Source: Atractiella rhizophila (Eukaryota). Taken from it: a DNA stretch of 58,687 nucleotides. The translations under genes and the position numbers were made by a program. The DNA lies in assembly GCA_021432655.1 (NCBI GenBank), contig MU271319.1, forward strand, positions 35,514 to 94,200, given 5' to 3'. Positions 37,300 through 49,830 of the stretch are shown piece after piece. Below the pieces are notes generated by a model, which worked only from the letters and a program-made list of their open reading frames with translations, did not search any database and had not been told where the DNA came from. Every line of letters starts with the position of its first letter. The first letter of the stretch is position 1.

Positions 37300-38816
37300 T
37301 GTGCAAACGAGGACGGGAAGAAGTTCGTTGATGGAGTTGAGAGAAATAACAACGTATGAAATAGGCATTGTTATAAACCATGATGCTCTGGACTCCAGGC
37401 TATGAGAAAAGCGGATGAATAGGTTGGAATGCACCTGTTCCATAAAGCCACAAGAGACCTTGGAAAAGACAATTTCAGAAGGTAAACTCTGCATGCACCG
37501 AATTCTTTCCACGCTTCCACTTTGAGGCAAATATTCGCACACGAGATGGTGGATCAAAGCTTCTTTTACAGCCAGAAAAGTTGCAAGGTATTCCTTGTTC
37601 GAGAGAGAAGGCATATCTGGGTCTGAATTGACCTTCCATTCCTACTCATTTTGAGGAGCTGAAGTGTTTGGCATGAAGCAAACCGCATACACACCGTATG
37701 ACATAATTGATCTCCAAGGGTCTTCTAATGATTACTCTACCTCCTAATACGAGCTTTTCCGCCGATCCAACCTTTATTAAATGTGGTTGAATTTAATTGT
37801 AGCTTTTCCAGAACATAAATGCATTTTGAAGACCCAAAGCTTCTCAAGGATTGATATCTAGTGGGTTCAGCCTGCGTTATTTCGAAAGAGACAGACTCGA
37901 TGGCACGAGACACCGTCCTCAGATGCCACGTTAATATTGATGATGAGGAACAAAGTTCAAATTCAAATCACCTGATTATGATTGAGGACGCCTGCTTAGC
38001 CAGGATCGTGGCAATTACCACGCCATGAAGCGAGAAAAAGTCCGGCGACTTCACCTCAGGTTTCTGAGTGCTGGCCACAACTGCAGCCCAGCTGGCATTC
38101 GAAATTGATTGTTCTTCAATACTCCTCGCTGGCGAAAATAAGCTCAAATCAGAGTAGATTACGGGGACTTACTGTGACGATCCGAACTCTCTTGTCGGCT
38201 TCTGTTCTATCCAACGTTTGAGGCTGAGGAGGAGTTGAGGTGCCGTCCCGGCTAAGACTCGTTACGACTGCGGAACGCGGCGAGGTTGCTTGGAGGGAAG
38301 GGAATCTGGCCTTGCTTTCGACTCGTTCATCGTGGAAGAGGAAGAAAAGGGCCGTTCCTCGGGAGCAATGGAGGATAATTTGGTTGTTGGCTTGGGTTCA
38401 GAAAGACGGAGGCCAGGCAGGATCGAAGGACGATCTCCAAGGATCAAAGAGGAAGAAGGAGGACCACCCGGACTCGCTGGACGATCTGGTCAAAATATTC
38501 GACGGACTAGAATTAGGGCTGGAGTTACCCAAGAAGACGTCGAGGGAGCTGAACGGGAAACGATCAAGGCTGAAGTCGGCCTCACGCCTGACAATCTAAT
38601 GCAGCTTTATTATGTTATACGTCACAAACCCTTTTTTCAATCGACATTCGACTTGGGAACAACACACGCGCGATTTGGTCGTGGCTCATCAAGCGAAGTT
38701 GCAGTCTGAATCGACATTGCATTACGGCGACGCCTCCTGCAATGGCTCGATCGTCTATGGATCAATGGTGAGAGCATCAGCCAGTCATTTTGCCAACGCT
38801 GAAAGGGAAGGGAGGT

Positions 38817-39533
38817 AAGAAAAAGTCCTTATCAGAGGAAGAGAAAGACCTCGGCCTCCTGAAGCTAGAAAGCCTAACAGGTCGGTTCTTACTTTTCCTA
38901 TACAAGCGTCCTTATGTTCTTTTGCCAGAGCGAGCACAAAAAACGCTCTCCCCCTAACGCCGTCAGGCAAAGCGTTATCTCGCTCAGAAGGTTGCAGATG
39001 AGAGTGAACAAGGGTGAGGATAAAGAGGATCATCTGGATCTGACCGGCAAAGCCAAATCGGTTCGCATCTACAGTCTCGTTCAAGTGCCGCTTGCCTGGC
39101 GTGTAACAGGAGCAAACTTGCTGACGAGACGGAAGATGACGATTTGACCGACCAAACCGAGTATTTTCGTTCTCCCAGTTTGTATTGTTCTAAAACGGAG
39201 AGTAGGTATCCCGTCAACGGCTCGCGCCATGCCGCTTGCCCCTAAAGTCACCTGGTGCGTCATATTCTTTGCCTCTGTACCTGCTGATACGTGATACTTT
39301 GTATGATTAGGCGTGCAAGCAAACCACTTAGCGCTCCGTCATCTGAGCAAACTTCAAGCCGCGACTGAGCGAACACTACAGACTTCAGGAAACAAAGACA
39401 TTGCAACCAAACACCCAGCAACTCGAGGCAAAGGTAAAGCTGGAAGAAGATCAGCCGCACCAACTCGGTATACGAGGTATGCCATTGCCGCTCTACCAGC
39501 ACTTGAGGTTTGACGGAGGAATAGGTCTACAAG
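38817..39533 (-). repeat. Inverted, more diverged partial copy of the 1.4-kb repeat unit
   Basis: Reverse complement of ~43301-44078 and ~44720-45490. The same peptides (VERxWHTSYTELVRLIF; SASLLLLHARQAALERDCRCEPIWLCRSDPD) appear on opposite strands in the ORF track. Confidence 0.9.
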
Positions 39534-40888
39534 CTATGACTCGCCTCCCACCACGTAAGTGTATTTTACTATGCTCTCACAAACATACTTGATACTTATC
39601 GGTGGTAATTCACAGCAAATCTAGCAATGGGAAAACGGAAGAGAATGTATATGCTCACTTTAATGCCTTCTCCCAGTTACTAGTCTCCGCCAGGCAGAAG
39701 AAGAAGAAGGGCCATGGATTCATTCGATCATTCTCCATCCGACCTCTCTTCGACGCGAGCATGCTCGAGGCCGTGCGCTGGCGACGAGAATGGCAAGGTG
39801 ATGCTGACGGCACCAGGAGCCAAGGATCTTCCCATTTTGAAGGACAGAATCTTGTCAAGACCGATGGTTTACGTGTGGCTACAGAACGTGGCTGTAAGTA
39901 TGGGTTATGAGATACCGTGCACGGCTTGCTCATGGTATATCCATTCAGAAGACATTCAATTCGCATAAAACAGTTTGAGGCCAGGTGTATGAGTTTGTGA
40001 TGACAATTTGAGGAAAGGAGGAAGACTGGAATTGGGACGATTACTACATGACAGAAAGTGATGTGGTAGAGCCTAATGAAGAGAATTAAAGGTATGCCAT
40101 TTATTTCGTGCATATTCAAGTTGTTGGTTTCTAGTGAAATTTTGACATGGGAAGGTGCAAGTTGTACATAGAATTGCTTCTGTATAATTTTCCGGTATAC
40201 AATGTCTTATCAAATCGTTTAAGGCAGCTAGAAAGCGTGAAAGAAAAGTAGGAAACGAGAAGTTTCACAAAAGCGTCCAGCGAAGCTTATGATTTCGAGG
40301 AGAACCGTGGAGGCTACTGGAGGTGTGGAGGCAACGGAGCGTCGTGTAATCGAGTCGCCGCCTGGAGGCGAGCGCACTCCTGGTGCGCGCCTCCAGGAAC
40401 CTCCAGATTCTTGGCGTGTGCCTACTATATGGAGTCCCTCAACTGCCTCAGATGTCTTCTCTCGGCGGAGAATTGAGGAGAAAAGACGTTTTACTGATGG
40501 TCCACCATGAGCTAGTGGCCGTTTTCGAAAAAACTATCCAGAATCTTCAAGCTGTTTCTGAGAATCGGGCGGATCTCGATCAAGGTGGATGTTCCCGTCG
40601 AAGCTTTTTGAGTCGAAACTTTGAAAGGTGCTTGGTTGAATGTTCGAATGTTTGCAAGATCCAGTTCTTATTACTGCACTCGCCTTCGCTGTGGCACGTC
40701 CACTTATATCGACTGAACCTCAACATTCTCAGCACTCAATGCGTGGGTCTTCTCGATCAATACGACTCCTGCGCAGACACGAAGAAACGAGGGGCTTTGA
40801 TATCATTCGAGGTGAGTAGCTGCTACAGGTTCAAGGGGGAACTATAAAGAGGCTGTTTCCCGTCCTCCTGTGAGCTGCAAATCCCAGG

Positions 40889-42427
40889 ATGTCATCTGCT
40901 AATCCTTCAGCAAGCCCAATTGCGACGGCGGAGGAGCAGCTGGCTCTTGCACTCCAACGCGCAGCGTTGGAGGACGTTCTTTCCACTACTCGTGTCTATG
41001 TCACTGGTTCGCTCTATTCTCCCCCCTTCGTGAGATTCACTGAACTGGAAGACAGCTTGCTTTGCGATCTTCAGCTGGGACTTTATAATCACCTTCCCAG
41101 ACGAGTACAGGACAGTGTGGAAGGCTCAGCGTTGGACACCTATCCGTGCCTTCTTCTTCTTCAATCGGTACGCTTCCCATTTGTGATACGACAGGTTGGA
41201 GTGTTGACGTGAATTTTTGAAGTTACTGGGGGCTCCTCTACCTTTCCATGGCCATGTGTCTGTTATGGTCTCGAATCGACCCGCGAACATGTGACAAGGT
41301 TCACCTTCTCGAGCCTGTCGGTGGCAGCATTCTCATTTGTGCATATCTCTCCTCCCAATTCGGTCTCGAGGAGACTGTCTGACGCGCCGCGACCGCAGTT
41401 GGCAGCGAGTTCCTGCTTGGCGCAAGGGTGTGGGCAATGTTCAACCGTCGAAGATGGATCATTTGGTTCTTCGGTACATTTGCAATCTGCGCACTGGCGA
41501 TTGAGATCTGGGCGATTCTTCCGAACAGGGCACTACGTGTGTACGGTGTCAACTTGAACTTTCATGAGGGGAGATCTTGACGCAGGGCAATAGACCCTCT
41601 GGTTTGAGAGGGTGCCTCTCTGTCGGAGGAGGTCAGAAGTGATTTATTTCTCCCCCAGTCTGATATCAACAAAGCTGATGCTACTTGAAGCTACATATGG
41701 GCGTTTTGGTTTGTTGCCCTGAACGTAACTTAACCAATCCATGATGGGAGGAACAGGATCCCGCCTCTCCTCTACGACACAACGGCCACAATATTCGCGC
41801 TCGTGTGCGCCACATGTGCTCACTCATATGATCAAAGGTTACTGACAATCATATCAGACCACTCATCGCTCACTGGCGCAAAACACCTCGCACACGTCTC
41901 CTCACCATCTTTGCGCGTGACGGTGTACTCTACTTTTGTGTGGTATTCATCTGCAACCTAATTAACGTGATTTACTTCAGGTTTGTCTTCTTCACGATTA
42001 TCTATCCGCATACACCCTCTCGGCCCTTTTTCTCTGGACTGATGCAGATTGCAAATGAGACAGCATCCCTACAGTAGCTAACCCAGTTCTCAACGGACCA
42101 CTTACCTTCACATTTACCACCATGATGGCCTCTCATCTTGTTCTCCACCTTCGAACTGCCGATGTTGGCGCAAACTCGCGAGATGGGGGCACGTCAGGCC
42201 ACAGTGCTTCCCGCGGGCGAAACACGATTGTGCAACCATTTGCCAGCCCCAATCAACTCGATAAAGGTGCAGGGCCAGAGATACATCTTCAGAAATTAAG
42301 GAGACGAATGGAAGGTGACTTGCAAGTCGGTTATGACGACTTGATAGTCAATATTGAAACAGTCGCAGATATGGAAAAGAGGTCAGTTGATTGCTCAGCG
42401 CTCATTCTTCCTGAACAAACGCCCTGA
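40889..42427 (+). CDS. Basidiomycete multi-pass membrane protein, DUF6533-type
   Basis: TATAAA ~45 bp upstream. Spliced WDFIITFPDEYRTVWKAQRWTPIRAFFFFNR|Y, EFLLGARVWAMF, IPPLLYDT, LLTIFARDGVLYF and TMMASHLVLHLR are hallmark motifs. Confidence 0.82.
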
Positions 42428-42788
42428 TCAAGCATAGACCTAAAGCTTCGCCAGATCTGGAAGCTCATGATGAGTATCCTTCGTCAGAGTACAGCGTTCG
42501 AGATACGGCAAAAAACTAATACGCAAACTCCTTGACTCCTTGCTATGCCGCTTTGTTGCTTCCAGCGACGCTTTCGTTGCATTTGTGATTTCTGCCGCAT
42601 TGACGTTCGACACATTAGCACTCAGACAAATAGTATTGAAATGCGTATGAAAAGAGCCTAACAGGGACACAACAATTCTCCCTCCTTCCTCCCCATGTGG
42701 AGAGAAAAGTAAGGATGACGAATGTTGAGATAACTTGAACGGTTGCGTATAGTGAATTTTGTTTCTGAGAATTGGGCGGATCTAGATC

Positions 42789-42979
42789 AAGGCGGATGTT
42801 CACATCGAAGCTTTTGAGTGAACGGAGTTGAAAGGTGTTTGATTGAAGGGGATCCAAAAGATCGAGTTCTTATTACTGCACCGAAAGGCGGATGTTCACA
42901 TCGAAGCTTTTGAGTGAACGGAGTTGAAAGGTGTTTGATTGAAGGGGATCCAAAAGATCGAGTTCTTATTACTGCACCG
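42789..42979 (+). repeat. Tandem duplication of a ~96-bp unit
   Basis: AAGGCGGATGTTCACATCGAAGC...TTATTACTGCACCG occurs twice in succession. A diverged relative lies at ~40555-40682. Confidence 0.95.
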
Positions 42980-45760
42980 CACCCTTGCTGCATTGACTGT
43001 TGCCCATCCACTTACACTGCCGGCCGCAAAAACACGAAATCCATAGATTTTCGCAACAATCGGTGTTCTCAGAAATGCAGAACACGAAAACAACCTGGCA
43101 CAGAAGCTGAATCTGTAGTTGAGAAAAAAAGTAAGAATCAGGTTGTGTAAAACCGCGTCAAACATGTATTATATCCAACAGGGGTCACAATTATGCGTTT
43201 AAACAAATCAATTGTCGTTTGCCTGTTGGTCAGATGGCAGTAAAACTGAACCACTTACCTCTCATCCTCACTCCCCGCCGAGGAAACAGCACGCGTATTC
43301 CTTGTAGACCTATTCCTCCGTCAGACCTCAAGTGCCGGTAGAGCGGCGATGGCATACCTCGTATACCGAGTTGGTGCGGCTGATCTTCGTCCGCCTTTAC
43401 CTTTGCCTCGAGTTGCAGTGTGTTTGGTTGCAATGTCTTTGTTTCCTGAAGTCTGTAGTGTTCGCTCAGTTGCTATGGAGGTTGCTGACGGTGCCTAAGA
43501 AGCAGGACGGGTAGAAGTTGGCTTAGATGACGGAGCGCTAAGTGGTTTGCTTACACGCCTAATCATACAAAGTATCACGTGTCAGCAGGTACAGAGGCAA
43601 AGAATATGACGCACCAGGCGACTTTGGAGGCAGGAGCGGTATGGCTCGAGTCGTTGATGGGAACCCTACTCCCCGTTTTAGAACAATACAAACTGGGAGA
43701 ACGAAAATACTAGGTTGGGCGGTCACATCGTCATCTTCCGTCTCGTCAGCAAGTTTGCTCCTGTTACACGCCAGGCAAGCGGCACTTGAACGAGACTGTA
43801 GATGCGAACCTATTTGGCTTTGCCGGTCAGATCCAGACGTTCCTCTTTATCCTCATCCTCGCTGTCCTGTTCACTCTCGCTCTCATCTGTAACCTTCTGA
43901 GCGAGATATCGGTTTGCCTGACTCTTGGCGTTCCGGGGGAGGAGCGTTTCTCGTGCTCGCTTTGACAAAAAGAACTATTCAAGGGAAACTTGCATAGTAA
44001 AAGTAAGAATCCACCTGATAGGCTTGCTAACTTCAGGGGGCCGAGGTCTTTCTTCTCCTCTGAAGAGGACTTTTTCTTCCCTTTCTTCTTCGCGTTCGTG
44101 GATTTACTGCCTCCGGCTTTTGACCTATCATTTCGTCAAGTCGTGTAGGAACGAGTTATCCAACTTTCACTTCGCCTTCTTTGATACGGCTGTCGCGTCA
44201 GTTTCTCGAGTTAGTTTGGCGTGGCCGCTCGATTTCACCATGGATCTCCATCCAAGCTTCCGCAAAATGAAGATCATCGTCGTCGCTGCCTGCGAGCTCT
44301 TTGAGCTATCTATCCTTCAAACTTTTCTCGAACTTCTTGAGAGCGTTATGATTGAAGGGGATCCAAAAGATCGAGTTCTTATTACTGCACCGTGACCGCA
44401 CCCTTGCTGCATTGACTGTTGCCCATCCACTTACACGGCCGGCCGCAAAAACACGAAATCCATAGATTTTCGCAACAATCGGTGCTCTCAGAAATGCAGA
44501 ACACGAAAACAACCTGGCACAGAAGCTGAATCCGTAGTTGAGATAAAAGTAAGAATCAGGTCGTGTAAAACCGCGTCAAACATGTATTACATCCAACAGG
44601 GGTCACAATTATGCGTTTAAATAAATCAATCGTCGCTTTGCCTGTTGGTCAGATGGCATTAAAACTGAACCACTTACCTCTCATCCTCACTCCCCGCCGA
44701 GGAAACAGCACGCCTATTCCTTGTAGACCTATTCCTCCGTGAGACCTCAAGTGCTGGTAGAGCGGCGATGGCATACCTCGTATACCGAGTTGGTGTGGCT
44801 GATCTTCCTCCAGCTTTACCTTTGCCTCGAGTTGCAGGTTGTTTGGTTGCAATGTCTTTGTTTCCTGAAGTCTGTAGTTCGCTCAGTTGCTATGGAGGTT
44901 GCCGACGGTGCTTAAGAAGCAGGACGGTTAGAAGTTGGCTTAGATGATGGAGCGCCAAGTGGTTTGCTTGCACGCCTAATCATACAATGTATCACGTATC
45001 AGCAGGTACAGAGGAAAAGAATATGACGCACCAGGCGACTTTGGAGGCAGGAGCGGTATGGCGCGAGTCGTTGATGGGAACCCTACTCTCCGTTTTAGAA
45101 CAATACAAACTGGGAGAACGAAAATACTCGGTTGGGCAGTCACATCGTCATCTTCCGTCTCGTCAGCAGGTTTGCTCCTGTTACACGCCAGGCAAGCGGC
45201 CCACGAACGAGACTGTAGATGTGAACCGATTTGGCTTTGCCGGAGCCTCAGATCCAGACGTTCCTCTTTATCCTCATCCTCGCTGTCCTGTTCACTCTCA
45301 TCTCTAACCTTCTGAGCGAGATATCGGTTTGCCTGACTCTTGACGTTACGGGGAGGAGCGTTTCTCGTGCACGCTTTGGCAAAAGAACTATTCAAGGGAA
45401 ACTTGCATAGTAAAAGTAAGAATCCACCTGATAGGCTTGCTAACTTCAGGAGGCCGAGGTCTTTCTTCTCCGCTGATGAGGACTTTTTCTTCCCTTTCTT
45501 CTTCGCGTTCGTGGATTTACTGCCTCCGGCTTTTGACTTATCATTTCGTCAACTCGTGCAGGAACGAGTTATCCAACTTTCGCCTCGCCTTCTTTGATAC
45601 GGCTGTCGCGTCAGTTTCTCGAGTCAGTTTGGCGTGGCCGCTCGATTTCACCATGGATCTCAATCCATGCTTCCGCAAAATGAAGATCATCGTCGTCGCG
45701 GCCTGCGAGCTCTTTGGGCTATCTATCCTTCAAACTTTTCTCGAACTTCTTGAGAGCGTT
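42937..45760 (+). repeat. Tandem duplication of a ~1.41-kb unit (42937-44348 and 44349-45760) containing a decayed minus-strand coding fragment
   Basis: Both units start TGATTGAAGGGGATCCAAAAGATCG and end CTTCTTGAGAGCGTT. The ORF track gives paired near-identical peptides (43230/44649, 43641/45058, 43925/45437). Confidence 0.95.
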
Positions 45761-46398
45761 TTAGAAATAGCGTCAGGGAGTGGCCAACGCTGACACCGCG
45801 GGTGAGGACAGGAAGGGAGTGGCCAACGCTGACACCGCGGGTGAGGACAGGTCAGGGGTAGCCCAGGATAGGCATCTCACATCTTTGACCTCAGATATCT
45901 AGATAGCCATGCCTTTGGCTTTCCACTCGTTCAGCTGACTGGAAGCCACAACCTTGAAAGAAGCTGGCAAAACAGCTTGCACTGTTCCTCTGAACAAGTC
46001 AGCACCAATCGTTCGGGGTTGGATCCGACAACTTATGGACCCATTGTATATCTGCTTGATGATGTCCAAACGAAGATCATAGAGGACTAGCTCATCTGTC
46101 GGCTGGTCAAGGTTCTCGCTGATACGCTGTGCGCGCGAGAAACTCGCTTGAGAGAAACTCACAGAGTGGCGACCCCTCTGAGATCGGTCTGATCGACCAT
46201 CGTGCTGCAATCTGATGATGTTTTGGCCTACCTCGTCACCGTGATCGTCGTATACACATTCAAAATATCGAGAGAGAGGACGTGACGGTCTTTTGCATCC
46301 TTCCTCCGATGGGCAGCCGATGAGAAACAGTAGACGGTGGCAAGTAGAAGGGGCATTGTCGCAGTGGTTGGTTCCCCGACGTTTCTGGCGAAAGTACA
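45718..46398 (+). repeat. ~650-bp dispersed direct repeat, copy 1 (with an internal 38-bp tandem duplication at 45775-45851)
   Basis: Matches 49186-49830 from GCTATCTATCCTTCAAAC to GGCGAAAGTACA. Confidence 0.93.
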
Positions 46399-48509
46399 AT
46401 CCTGCAAAGCAACGAACCGAAACGTTTAGAACAAAGGAAGCTTTGGAGGCCGAAGGTTGAAAAGAGAGGTTTTGAGAACTCCAATCATCCCACATCTCAT
46501 CAACACCTCCCCTTACCCTTACCGCTACAGGCAGCTTTCTCTTGATTGTTCTGCTGGCAATCGAGGCAGAAGGAGAGCCTTGACAGATGTTCTGCCTGGG
46601 ATCATCTACATTGTGCTGGGACTTGTAGATGGTGTTGATCGACAGAGCTTCCCAATAGCGGCTTAGACCCTGATTGTCCGGTGGCAATCGAGGAACGGGC
46701 ACTACTTTACGAGATCTCTCCCTTTAGTCTTGCGGCTCGAAGAAGCCTGGACCCCTATCCGCCATCTCGCGTAGACGCTCCACAATCGAGTTCGATTAAT
46801 GTATCGTTACTCAGATTGGATTTCGAGAACAGACTCACCTATGCCACTTGGCAGTTTTTACGCAGTTTTTAGGGGCTGTTCAATTTACTTAGGAGTCGGA
46901 GTCGGTCGGCGTTAAAACTGGTCCAAAAGCTGTTGAAAAGTTTTGGACCGAATAACCAAAGCGCAATACCGCGCTTGGGAGTGCAAACTGTTTCCCAATC
47001 GTTCGCTCAAAATGGTTGTGCGCTTTAGTATTGAGAACGTTTGCAGCCAAAAGCCGACGTCAAAACGAGACCACTTTATCGCCGATCATCGATCATCGAT
47101 CACTCCATCTCCGCTGATTTACCAACGTCCGGACGTTGTTGAAAACTACGAGTCCTTCGCTGATCTCGTCAGTTATTTCTTCTCCAGCGTCCATTTGCAG
47201 ATATCAAACTGAGTCCATCAAAATGGCACAAATTTCGGCGGGGGAGGATGGAATGAGGGCATGATCTCTCTTTTTCTTTTTCTCATCACCTAACGTAAGC
47301 TTTGGGCTGTGGTCTGGCATCTTTTTTCAGGAAATGATTGAGCAGCAACCATCAATCCCATGCACAGGCGTTCAGGAGCCAGACTCGAGTGCCACGGCCT
47401 TGTTCAAGGAAGATCGCCAGCAAAACTTGATTGCTCACGCGACCAGCATTCAAACTCCCACCAACACATCCGAACTTTCGACCTCAGGACCCTTCGCGAC
47501 AGGTGTCATGATTGTGGACTCTCCGCAATCTGACTACCACGAACCCCCTTCATTTACTCCTCCTGATTTCATACCCGGAAAGCACGCATTGGTCCTCGCC
47601 AACCCTGCCACCACCTCCGTTTCGAAGCTCAAATTGTCTCTCGGACCAATCTCCCAAATCCCACCTTTCAATCCAAAGCGCGCAAAACCTGCTACACCCC
47701 GAGGCAAACCTGCCACAACGCCAATCATGGAGGAAAGCGGAAGAGTATCTCATCACTTCAATCATCCTATCACTTTTACCCCACTTGTACGTCCTCTTAT
47801 CCTATACTTCGGAAGATAATGCTGATGGACTACCAAGAATGACCCAGGCCAAGGCCATGCTGCTTCGTCCTCAGCTTCTTCCACCGAGACGGTGAGGAGA
47901 TGTTCTTTTCGCTGAAGTCGAGTCATAAAAGTGGATTTTGATCCAGGAGGTGGCAGCGAATCCATTTTTTCATGATCGCGCCTTGAAGAACAGAGCTTCG
48001 ATCCACGTGAAAGAGGATTTCTCACCCTTCAAAAGCGGCACAGCCAGGGATCCATCGTCAGTTAGTCAGTTAGCCTTTGCCCCATCGATCTTGCTACTAC
48101 TATTCCTTCGTGACGGAACTGTTCCGTCAGTCAAATTTGGCTGGGGAACAGAGTTAGGGTCAGGGCCAGGGTGAGTCCCGTCAGCCCAGTTGCGAGGCTC
48201 TGACTGACGGAACTAACCTGACGGGATGGAACGCACCGTTGAGTCCCGTCAGCTCTGACGCGACGGCCAAATTGTCTTGCAAGGTGGGGATCAGCACCGA
48301 CGCGAAGCTCAAACATGCGAGGTTCATTGCGAGGGCGCCAAGTTCGCTACCAGTCGCGAAGTAGGCACTTCGGGTCGCTGGCTGGCTGCAACGTGCGAAG
48401 TGCCTTCCAGTCGCGAAAGGTCAAGTTTGGTTCAGCAATGGGTGGCAACCTGCGAAGGGCCTCTGTAGTTGAGAGGGAGCAGGCTCGCAAGAAAGCAGAT
48501 GTGCGAGAG

Positions 48510-49185
48510 AGCACACTCGAGAGACGGCCAACTTGCGAGACGGCCAACTCGCGAGATAGCAAACTAGCGAGGTGAACCGAAACGCTAGGTTGCAAACTCG
48601 CGAGACGGCAACAAACTCGCGAGACAGCTAACTGGCGAGACTGCCAACTCGCGAGATGGCCAACTCGCGAGACTGCAAACCACCGAGACGGCCAACTAGC
48701 AAGAAAGCAAACTTGTGAGAATGCGAGCTCCGAGATGGCCAACTTGCGAGACAGCAAACTAGCGAGGTAGGTGAAACGCTAAGTTGCTAACTCGCGAGAG
48801 AGCAACAAACTCGTGAGACAGCAAATTAGCGAAGAGCACTCGCGAGACTGCCAACTCGCGAGACGCCCAACTCGCGAGACTGCCAACTCGCGAGACGCCC
48901 AACTCGCGAGACAGCAAACCCGCGAGACGGCCAAGTAGCGAGAATGCTGTCTCGTGAGACTGCAAATGCGAGAGAGCAAACTCGCAAGGTGGCCAACTCG
49001 CAAGCATGCAAACTCACGAGACTGCCAACGCGAGAGAGCAAACTCGCGAGACGGCCAACTCGCGAGATAGCAAACTAGCGAGGTGAACCGAAACGCTAGG
49101 TTGCAAACTCGCGAGACGGCAACAAACTCGCGAGACAGCAAACTGGCGAGAGTGCCACCTCGCGAGACGGCCAACTCGCGAGACA
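48510..49185. repeat. Degenerate tandem array of ~15-18-bp units with palindromic core CTCGCGAG (consensus ~GCCAACTCGCGAGAC)
   Basis: Roughly 35-40 units read directly. A 94-bp higher-order block at 48535-48628 is repeated exactly at 49046-49139, with a variant near 48735-48830. Confidence 0.93.
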
Positions 49186-49830
49186 GCTATCTATCCTTCA
49201 AACTTTTCTCGAACTTCTTGAGAGCGTTTTAGAAATAGCGTCAGGGAGTGGCCAACGCTGACACCGCGGGTGAGGACAGGTCAGGGGTAGCCCAGGATAG
49301 GCATCTCACATCTTTGACCTCAGATATCTAGATAGCCATGCCTTTGGCTTTCCACTCGTTCAGCTGACTGGAAGCCACAACCTTGAAAGAAGCTGGCAAA
49401 ACAGCTTGCACTGTTCCTCTGAACAAGTTAGCACCAATCGTTCGAGGTTGGATCCGAGAAACTTATGGACCTATTGTATATCTGCTTGATGATGTCCAAA
49501 CGAAGACCATAGAGGACTAGCTCATCTGTCGGCCGGTCAAGATTCTCGCTGCTCGATACGTTGTGCGAGCGAGAAACTCGCTTGAGAGAAACTCACAGAG
49601 TGACGACCCCTCTGAGATCGGTCTGATCGACCATCGTGCTGCAATCTGATGATGTTTGGCCTACCTCGTCACCAAGATCGTCGTATATACATTCAGAATA
49701 TCGAGAGAGAGGACATGAAGGTCTTTTGCATCCTTCTCCGATGGGCAGCCGATGAGAAACAGTAGACGGTGAAAAGTAGAAGAGGCATTGTCGCAGTGGT
49801 TGGTTCCCCGACATTTCTGGCGAAAGTACA
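49186..49830 (+). repeat. ~650-bp dispersed direct repeat, copy 2
   Basis: Matches 45718-46398 and abuts the CTCGCGAG array directly. Confidence 0.93.

Noticed and set aside
48510..49185. CRISPR-like array, or repetitive proteins (ORFs 48347..48757, 48779..49174)
   Set aside because: The context is eukaryotic, there are no unique spacers and no cas genes. The ORFs are translations of a stop-poor DNA repeat.
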